Part shown: piece by piece, positions 1 to 6,302 of the stretch
How positions within the stretch are numbered: the first letter of the stretch is position 1
How the letters are laid out: each line of letters starts with the position of its first letter
From: Desulfocapsa sp.
Lineage (GTDB): Bacteria > Desulfobacterota > Desulfobulbia > Desulfobulbales > Desulfocapsaceae
Length of the DNA: 64,000 nt
NCBI GenBank assembly: GCA_022712895.1
Contig: JAFLJS010000069.1
Location: forward strand, 35,034 to 99,033
Direction: 5' to 3'
The notes under the pieces: model-generated
The model's input: only the letters and a program-made list of their open reading frames with translations
What the model was told of the DNA's origin: nothing
Database searches by the model: none
Translations under genes and position numbers: made by a program

Positions 1-2
1 TT

Positions 3-632
3 CCTGAACTCAAACGACTCACCAAATCATCATTTGAGTTGGACAAGATGCTCTCCACCGCAAATGACCTTAAATACACCCGAGAAGTAAAAAATTTCCT
101 CGAAAAAGAAATGGCTGCCCCATCGGTTGATTTTGTCAGATTGATCCTGAATGATGTTTACTCAGGAAAAAAGACCCAAATCGTCATCGAGCAATTCACT
201 CCTCTCATTAAAAAAGCGTTTTCTCATTTCGTGAATGATCAAATCAGCGATAGATTAAAATCTGCCATGACGGATCAAACAGAAGATGAGAACAATCAGA
301 TTGATGAAGATGCTGAAAATGAAACCCAAGCAAATGACAATGGAATAGAAACTACAGAAGAAGAAATGGATGGGTTTTATATTGTCAGAGCTATACTCCA
401 TGAGGTTGTTGACGTGAGCAGAGTCATCCACAGAGACACGAAGAGTTATTTTGGAGTCCTTCTCGACGATAACAACAGGAAGCCAATATGCCGGCTTCGT
501 TTTAATACCAGCCAAAAATATATTGGTGTTTTTGACGACCAAAAAGCAGAAACTAAACACGCTATCCAGGGGCTTAATGACATTTATTCATTTGCCGACG
601 AGATAAAACAGGCAATAACATACTACGAGTAG
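3..632 (+). CDS. C-terminal part of a type I restriction HsdR N-terminal-domain (restriction endonuclease-like) protein; 5' end lies before the window
   Basis: Frame is open from base 3 (PELKRLTKSSFELDKM...). Motifs LKYT, IETTEEE-x-GFYIVRAIL and RDTKSYFGVLLDDNNRKPICRL match the C-terminal half of this family as I know it. Confidence 0.7.
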   Translation, partial: PELKRLTKSSFELDKMLSTANDLKYTREVKNFLEKEMAAPSVDFVRLILNDVYSGKKTQIVIEQFTPLIKKAFSHFVNDQISDRLKSAMTDQTEDENNQIDEDAENETQANDNGIETTEEEMDGFYIVRAILHEVVDVSRVIHRDTKSYFGVLLDDNNRKPICRLRFNTSQKYIGVFDDQKAETKHAIQGLNDIYSFADEIKQAITYYE

Positions 633-645
633 AGAGAAACGCTAC

Positions 646-664
646 TGGGGTCTGGCCCCCCTTT
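646..664. repeat. REP-like palindrome type A, copy 1 (TGGGGTCTGGCCCCCCTTT)
   Basis: GGGG-TCTGG-CCCC hairpin 14 nt after a stop codon; near-identical to 3242-3260. Confidence 0.6.
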
Positions 665-668
665 CCAA

Positions 669-690
669 CTCCAGGGACAGTATACCAAAA
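669..690 (+). repeat. REP-like motif type B, copy 1 (CTCCAGGGACAGTATACCAAAA)
   Basis: 671-684 matches the reverse complement of 5147-5160 at 13/14 positions, including 11 identical bases (GGGACAGTATA). Confidence 0.6.
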
Positions 691-804
691 GATACAAAAT
701 CAAGGACGGTGAGCAATACCTTGTCAGCGACACCAGTAAAACCAAACGGTGACTTTCATATTGTTGGCAAGGTTATAAGTTCTGTTCTTCTCAAGAAGCA
801 CTAA
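687..804 (+). pseudogene. C-terminal fragment of an S24-family (CI/LexA-like) repressor peptidase domain
   Basis: KRYKIKDGEQYLVSDT (687-734), then a frameshift to DFHIVGKVISSV* (751-804); resembles KRL...LVSDN...F.IIGKVI. The fragment starts right at the type B motif. Confidence 0.4.
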
Positions 805-814
805 CGCAAAATAT

Positions 815-1155
815 ATGCCCAAAAAGTACAAAGACATCTGCAGGATAGACCAGGAGAGTAAATGCAGTCACGGCTGGTTCGTCCGTATCCGCTTCCAGGG
901 GGAAACAAAATCAAAATTCTTCTCTGATAAAAAAATAAAGGCTCAGAAAAAGCTCTAGAATTAGCTGTCAACTGGCGAAATGCTACCGAAATTAAGATTG
1001 GTAAAACACGTACAGACAAGCATGTGACATGGATCGGAAAGAGTGGAAAGCCGAAAAGCACCACTGCTTCCGCCAAAAAACATGGAAAGGACGTAACATT
1101 CATGAAAGCAATAACCATACGACATGAGAAGGAACTGGAACGATTTAAAAGCTGA
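815..1155 (+). pseudogene. AP2-like DNA-binding domain protein, frameshifted at an A7 run (929-935)
   Basis: MPKKYKDICRIDQESKCSHGWFVRIRFQGETKSKFFSDKK; one extra A continues as NKGSEKALELAVNWRNATEIKIGKTRTDKH...KHGKDVTFMKAITIRHEKELERFKS*. HGWxVR...SKFFSDKK...A..WR is an AP2-like signature. Confidence 0.55.
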
Positions 1156-1166
1156 ATGAGGAATAA

Positions 1167-1997
1167 ATGAAATTACTGATCACCATCGTCTTACTCCTGT
1201 ATCCTTTTTCACTGCAGGCATATACCAACGATATTTCGCAAAACATTCGAGAACTAGACAAACAAATTTCCGCAACAAATGACAAAACAAAACGTGCGCA
1301 ATTTTACTCCTACAAGGCAAGACAGTACAGGAACAATGGAGAAGACGAACTTTCCATAAAATCATATTTAAATTCCTTACAACAACACGAAACAGGAGAC
1401 ACCTGGTCAGAACTAGGAAACATCTATTTCAAGGTTGGCCAATACGAAAAATCTGCAAAAGTAGCCAATCATATGCTCAAAAATTTCCCTGCATTCAAAG
1501 TAGACGCCACCGATTTACTTAAAAAATCAAAAACCAAGCTACATGCAATATATCTTAAAGAAAATCCTCCTACCATAATCGTTAATAGTGATTATTTCGG
1601 CCCCAAAGTATCACGGCTTGACATTCTCAAAGAACAAAAGGCTTCACGAACGATTGCCTCGAGTAGATCGAGAAACACAATATATTCAAACTGTAAAGAG
1701 AAATGGGGTAGTGATTATTCCATGGTCGAATATTGCATAAAGAAACAGAGCAAAGCAAATTCAAATGTGCAACGATACAGCGGTGGGATCAGATCAAGAT
1801 GTCAGCAAAAGTGGGGCGATGATTATTCAATGGTTGAATACTGTATAAAAAAACAGACCAAATCCAGCTCAAATGTAAAAAGATACCGCGGTGATATAAA
1901 ATCAAGATGTCAGCAAAAGTGGGGTAATGATTATTCGATGGTTGAATATTGTATAAAAAAACAGACCAAAGCTAGAAACAACATTAATCGTCAATGA
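1167..1997 (+). CDS. Secreted TPR protein with three C-terminal 36-aa Cys-pair (CxxKWGxDYSMVEYC) repeats
   Basis: Signal peptide MKLLITIVLLLYPFSLQA, TPR-like helices (GDTWSELGNIYFKVGQYEKS), AGGA SD upstream, three tandem repeats. Confidence 0.8.
   Translation: MKLLITIVLLLYPFSLQAYTNDISQNIRELDKQISATNDKTKRAQFYSYKARQYRNNGEDELSIKSYLNSLQQHETGDTWSELGNIYFKVGQYEKSAKVANHMLKNFPAFKVDATDLLKKSKTKLHAIYLKENPPTIIVNSDYFGPKVSRLDILKEQKASRTIASSRSRNTIYSNCKEKWGSDYSMVEYCIKKQSKANSNVQRYSGGIRSRCQQKWGDDYSMVEYCIKKQTKSSSNVKRYRGDIKSRCQQKWGNDYSMVEYCIKKQTKARNNINRQ
1692..1997 (+). repeat. Intragenic tandem repeat, 108-bp unit, about 2.8 copies
   Basis: Cys codons that open each unit are at 1692, 1800 and 1908; KWG.DYSMVEYCIKKQ is conserved in all three. 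Confidence 0.9.
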
Positions 1998-2028
1998 TAT
2001 GAAAGCCAAACAAACATAAAAGAATAAG

Positions 2029-2446
2029 ATGCGATTGAAAATATTTTTTACTATTTGCTTAATGTGGGCTACCAGTATTGCTGTTGCCGGAACATTCAAA
2101 GAATGTATAGACGGCAAAGGTCACTCCACCTTCACAAACAACGTCTGCCCTCCTGGTTACCATTTAAAGAACCCACCCAAGAATTCAGTTTGAAGTATAT
2201 AACGGTAGAAAAGAGGAGATCAACAGATTTTACGTAGAAATCCTATATGTTGGAGAAGACAATCACATATTTGGAAAAGACACCGAAGCCATCCGAGATC
2301 TACCTGCAGGATACACCTCGCAATCAATTTTTATGCAACCTTCCATGGGATTTATTTTAAATGGATCTAACACAGAGACAATAACCAACAAAAAGTTCAC
2401 GGTTAATATTTATGTAGAATACGATGGTGTCAGAAAAAAACTAACT
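2029..2446 (+). pseudogene. Secreted DUF4124-like protein with FxLYD-like domain, frameshifted near 2165-2172 and lacking its own stop
   Basis: 2029-2193 gives MRLKIFFTICLMWATSIAVAGTFKECIDGKGHSTFTNNVCPPG (signal peptide + DUF4124-like motif). A +1 shift continues THPRIQFEVYNGRKEEINRFYVEILYVGEDNHIFGKDTEAIRDLPAG and reads in frame into the next gene. Confidence 0.45.
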
Positions 2447-3199
2447 ATGAATATCAAGCAACTTCTCGGGATACTTGGCTCAGCGATTCTCTTTATTGGT
2501 GTTTTCTTGCCAATCTTAAGCCTACCAATTGTCGGTAATATTAATTATTTCAGAAATGGCGAAGGAGATGGTGTCTTTGTCTTAGTTCTCGCCGTCCTCT
2601 CCCTTATCCTCACAATAACAAAGAATTACAAATTTTTGTGGGCTACAGGCGGTGGATCTATCGGGATGATGCTTTTCACCTACTACACTTTCTATTCAGA
2701 GATGTCCAAGCAGCGTGCCTCACTGGAAACGGATCTTGCAGGAAACCCGTTTAAAGGTTTAGCCGAAGCAATGATGCAATCAGTACAAGTACAGTGGGGG
2801 GTTGCAGTTATGATAATCGGAGCTGCCTTAATCCTAGCTGCCGCAATAATAAAGAATGACACACAAATTATTCTTCAGTCTTCAGAGAAACTATCACAGG
2901 AAACAGGATCAGAAGTGATCCCAGAACCCATTGCCGTTCAAAAAATAACAAAACCCATTGCAAGCCCAGACTGGAAAAATATCGGAAAACAACATTTAAA
3001 AAAACAGGAATTTAAAGAAGCTGTTGCAGCACTATCTTACGCACTTAATGGTGAACCAAATAACGGTACTATTTATTACGCACGAGCCGTTGCTTACTCC
3101 AAACTTGCTGATAACCACAAATCTATTGAAGATATCAAAACAGCTGCCAGGCTTGGGCATCCAAAAGCTGTTGAGTATCTTCAGAAGAAGAATGGATGA
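2447..3199 (+). CDS. Multi-pass membrane protein with C-terminal TPR domain (hypothetical)
   Basis: ORF track start is 2333, but MNIKQLLGILGS at 2447 looks like the family's natural start. About 4 hydrophobic segments; C-terminal TPR (EAVAALSYAL...IYYARAVAY...AARLGHPKA). Confidence 0.7.
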   Translation: MNIKQLLGILGSAILFIGVFLPILSLPIVGNINYFRNGEGDGVFVLVLAVLSLILTITKNYKFLWATGGGSIGMMLFTYYTFYSEMSKQRASLETDLAGNPFKGLAEAMMQSVQVQWGVAVMIIGAALILAAAIIKNDTQIILQSSEKLSQETGSEVIPEPIAVQKITKPIASPDWKNIGKQHLKKQEFKEAVAALSYALNGEPNNGTIYYARAVAYSKLADNHKSIEDIKTAARLGHPKAVEYLQKKNG

Positions 3200-3241
3200 A
3201 ATAATGAATATCACTTCTTACAGCAGCTTATCAGAATCTTT

Positions 3242-3260
3242 TGGGGTCTGACCCCATTTT
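3242..3260. repeat. REP-like palindrome type A, copy 2 (TGGGGTCTGACCCCATTTT)
   Basis: Perfect GGGGTC-T-GACCCC hairpin at 3243-3255, 23 nt before the deaminase ATG. Confidence 0.7.
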
Positions 3261-3278
3261 CAAACTCTGGATCAAACC

Positions 3279-4865
3279 ATGGAACAACCCAAAAAAAAAG
3301 TAACCCCAGTAACACCCAAACCACTTTCACTCAAAAAAGATACACCAACTCAATTAATCAACTCAAGAAGGACTGACGAGTTAGTCATCGCCCTTTGTGG
3401 AGCCGTTGGTGCTGGTGTTTCAACAGTGGCACGCGAGGTGAAAAAGGTTCTTGAATTACGTGGCTACGAAACCAGAACCATTAAGATCAGTACCCTTATC
3501 GAATCCTTCCCTGGAACAGTAGCCCATGGAGAAAGTACCTTTGAAAGAACGGAATCTCTACAAACCACAGGGAATCAGCTCAGACAACAATATGGAAACG
3601 ATATTCTTGCTCAACTTACCATCAGAGACATTTCAGGACACAGAAGCGAGTCAACCATAGAGAATAATCAAGAATCAGATACTTACGCAGAAGACTCCTT
3701 AAAGAAAAGAAGACACGCCACAATCATAGATAGCTTAAAAAGCCCTGACGAAGTTGAATTATTAAAAAAAGTCTACAGCAACATGTTCTATCTATTTGGG
3801 GTGCTCTGTAACGACACTCTTCGAAAGAAGAGACTCAAACTAAAAGGCAGTATGTCAGAGACAGATGCCTTACAATTGATGGAAAAAGATAAAAAAGACA
3901 AAGAAAATTATGGGCAACAACTACTAAAGACCTTACAACATGCCGATTTTTTCACAAGAAACAACAGACCGAACACTGACAGTCTCATAAAACCAATTAC
4001 CAGATTTATTGATTTGATGTTAGGGCAAAATAATATCACTCCCACAATCAATGAATTCGGGATGTATATTGCAGAGTCAGCAGCTCGTCGATCAGGTTGT
4101 ATTTCTAGACAAGTTGGTGCCGCAATCCTCACTCCTCCAGGAGACATCATTTCAACTGGAAGAAACGATGTTCCCAAACCATTAGGGGGATTATACGGAG
4201 AGGATGATGGAATAGATGATTGCAGATGTTTTAAGGTCCATGACAAAGCTTGCTCTAATGAAAAGAACAAACGCGACATATTTCACAATATCGAGCAGAT
4301 AATAAAAAACACCTTAACGGCGAGCGAAGACTCAGAAAAAATCTCAGCAATCTCAGCAGAAATACAAGACAATAGTGAAATCAAAGATCTGCTCGAATAT
4401 TCCAAAGCTGTCCATGCCGAAATGGATGCAATTACCAGTGCCGCCCGGATTGGACATTTCCCATTAAAAGGAACAATACTATTCTCAACTACATTCCCAT
4501 GCCACCATTGTGCTAGACATATTGTTGCGTCAGGAATAAAAAAGGTTTACTATATCGAACCATACGAAAAAAGTTTGGCAACAAAATTACATGATGATGC
4601 CATTGAGTTGAACTCACAAGATGACGAAAATGACTCGAAAAAAGTTATCTTTTCACATTTTGAGGGCGTTGCTCCTAAGCAATACTTACACTTATTTTCT
4701 TGCAACAATAGAAAAAAAGACGGTAAACTAAACACTATAAAGTTAACTTCAAAATACCCGACTGTAACATCTTACTTAGATACGTTTCTTGACTATGAAT
4801 CAAAAGTTACAGAATTAGTTGACGATTTATTTGGAAAAATGGGGGAAAGCGAGAATGGAAACTAA
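3279..4865 (+). CDS. Anti-phage dCTP deaminase (P-loop NTPase-like N-terminus + Zn-dependent cytidine-type deaminase; AvcD/DcdV-like)
   Basis: N-terminal ELVIALCGAVGAGVS and IIDSLKSPDE; C-terminal RSGCISRQVGAAI, TGRNDVPK..GGLY, HAEMDA, TTFPCHHCARHIVASGI..VYYIEPY.KS. Confidence 0.9.
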   Translation: MEQPKKKVTPVTPKPLSLKKDTPTQLINSRRTDELVIALCGAVGAGVSTVAREVKKVLELRGYETRTIKISTLIESFPGTVAHGESTFERTESLQTTGNQLRQQYGNDILAQLTIRDISGHRSESTIENNQESDTYAEDSLKKRRHATIIDSLKSPDEVELLKKVYSNMFYLFGVLCNDTLRKKRLKLKGSMSETDALQLMEKDKKDKENYGQQLLKTLQHADFFTRNNRPNTDSLIKPITRFIDLMLGQNNITPTINEFGMYIAESAARRSGCISRQVGAAILTPPGDIISTGRNDVPKPLGGLYGEDDGIDDCRCFKVHDKACSNEKNKRDIFHNIEQIIKNTLTASEDSEKISAISAEIQDNSEIKDLLEYSKAVHAEMDAITSAARIGHFPLKGTILFSTTFPCHHCARHIVASGIKKVYYIEPYEKSLATKLHDDAIELNSQDDENDSKKVIFSHFEGVAPKQYLHLFSCNNRKKDGKLNTIKLTSKYPTVTSYLDTFLDYESKVTELVDDLFGKMGESENGN

Positions 4866-5052
4866 ATCTAAAAACAACAACGATTATCAACAGATTTCTG
4901 TAATGGAGTTCATTGAGACTCTAGCGAACCTCAAAAGAAACGACCCAACCAAACAATCAAAAATCATTCAATTTCCCCCTCACAGGACCACAAAAAAAAG
5001 AAAACAAGCACTCAAGCGAGTTATCAGCTACTCAAAAAGCTTAAACTGGTAG
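4855..5052 (+). CDS. Small (65 aa) basic protein overlapping the deaminase stop
   Basis: ATG 4855 overlaps the deaminase 3' end by 11 nt, with GGGGGAAAG upstream; ends KRKQALKRVISYSKSLNW. Confidence 0.6.
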   Translation: METKSKNNNDYQQISVMEFIETLANLKRNDPTKQSKIIQFPPHRTTKKRKQALKRVISYSKSLNW

Positions 5053-5104
5053 CTGATTGATCAAGCAGTTTCACATCCCCAAGTCACAAATATCCACCAT
5101 TAAG

Positions 5105-5162
5105 TTCTAGGCACAGCATATTTAATAACCGGGATTAACAATTGTATATACTGTCCCAGGAA
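5105..5162. repeat. Inverted doublet of type B REP-like motifs (REPIN-like)
   Basis: TTCTAGGCACAGCATATTTAAT (5105-5126, +) faces the reverse complement of 5140-5162 (TTCCTGGGACAGTATATACAATT); about 16/23 identity, 13-nt spacer. Confidence 0.55.
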
Positions 5163-5210
5163 TCCACGAAACACAATTCTTTATTATACCCCCTGCCGCC
5201 TTTATCAGTT

Positions 5211-5306
5211 AATATTCATGGTGAATGTGCAAAATGACTTATTTTTTACAATGAACACTCTCCTATCGTACTAACAGATGATAATTGATGTAACACCATG
5301 AATATT
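5211..5306. promoter_or_regulatory. Perfect 13-bp inverted repeat flanking the likely ietA promoter
   Basis: AATATTCATGGTG (5211-5223) and CACCATGAATATT (5294-5306). Between them is TTTACA (5245-5250) with GTACTA/TACTAA 17-18 bp downstream. Confidence 0.55.
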
Positions 5307-5327
5307 GTTATTTTTTAAGGTGAAGCT

Positions 5328-6296
5328 ATGGCAACAGCAGACCAGATAAAATCATTGATTAGATCGCGTTTTAGTAATGACCCTGAGCGATTTCATTCCA
5401 TTGCGCTTCAAGTAGCAGCCCATGAAGCCCGGCAAGGGCATACTGCTCTGGCTCATGATATTCGTGACATTATCGATGGAGAACGTAAGAAAAAAGGTCC
5501 TCGGATTATTTCGTTCCCCAAAAACCTACAAGGGTTAGTGTTAACCGAAAAGCCATCGACACCATTAACAGCGATGGTTACTCCGACTAGTATTCGAGAT
5601 CGTTTAAATCGGATAGTACATGAATACCGTCAGCAAGAAAAACTAAAATCTCATGGACTGAAACATCGCCGTAAGATACTACTGATTGGCCCTCCCGGAA
5701 CGGGGAAGACCATGAGTGCGATGGTACTAGCCAAAGAACTCCACCTTCAATTACATACGATCCAGGTGGATCGGCTAGTTACCAAATTCATGGGAGAAAC
5801 CAGTGCTAAATTACGTCTGATTTTTGATTTAATACAACAAGAACACGGAGTCTATCTCTTTGATGAGTTCGATGCCATTGGTGGTGATCGTTCCATTGAG
5901 AATGAGGTGGGTGAGATGCGGCGTGTCCTCAATGCTTTCCTCCAATTCATTGAGCAGGATACTTCTGATAGTTTGATTATTGCGGCGACAAACAATCCCA
6001 AACTTTTGGATCGGGCTTTATTCAGACGTTTTGATGATGTACTCTATTACGAAAACCCAGAAACAGAAGAACGAAAATCATTAATTGCCAACGTGTTGGG
6101 AACCTTTATAGCTTCTCGTTTTTCTTGGAAACAAGTTATAAAAGTAAGTGCAGGGCTCAGCCACGCTGAAATAGATCACGCATGCCGTGATGCTATTAAA
6201 AATGCGATCCTTGCCGATCAAAACAAGATCTCTGCCAGTCAACTTCTAGTTACCATCAAAGAACGACAAGGAACACACCAGGGAATTAAAGGGTAA
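5328..6296 (+). CDS. ietA: AAA+ ATPase, IetA-like (IetAS defence/TA system)
   Basis: Walker A GPPGTGKT, Walker B YLFDEFDAIG, SRH ATN...LDRALFRRFD; directly upstream of an S8 peptidase. Confidence 0.85.
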   Translation: MATADQIKSLIRSRFSNDPERFHSIALQVAAHEARQGHTALAHDIRDIIDGERKKKGPRIISFPKNLQGLVLTEKPSTPLTAMVTPTSIRDRLNRIVHEYRQQEKLKSHGLKHRRKILLIGPPGTGKTMSAMVLAKELHLQLHTIQVDRLVTKFMGETSAKLRLIFDLIQQEHGVYLFDEFDAIGGDRSIENEVGEMRRVLNAFLQFIEQDTSDSLIIAATNNPKLLDRALFRRFDDVLYYENPETEERKSLIANVLGTFIASRFSWKQVIKVSAGLSHAEIDHACRDAIKNAILADQNKISASQLLVTIKERQGTHQGIKG

Positions 6297-6302
6297 CCGA
6301 GA

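Noticed and set aside
1692-1997. CRISPR array in the 108-bp periodic repeat
   Set aside because: The repeats are in-frame coding units with synonymous variation, there are no unique spacers, and no cas genes are present.
646-5162. Classical integron attC sites
   Set aside because: The motifs lack the RYYYAAC...GTTRRRY boxes, and no intI tyrosine recombinase is present.
5211-5306. Retron msr-msd (a1/a2 inverted repeats)
   Set aside because: No reverse transcriptase in the window, and the enclosed 70 nt is too short and unstructured.
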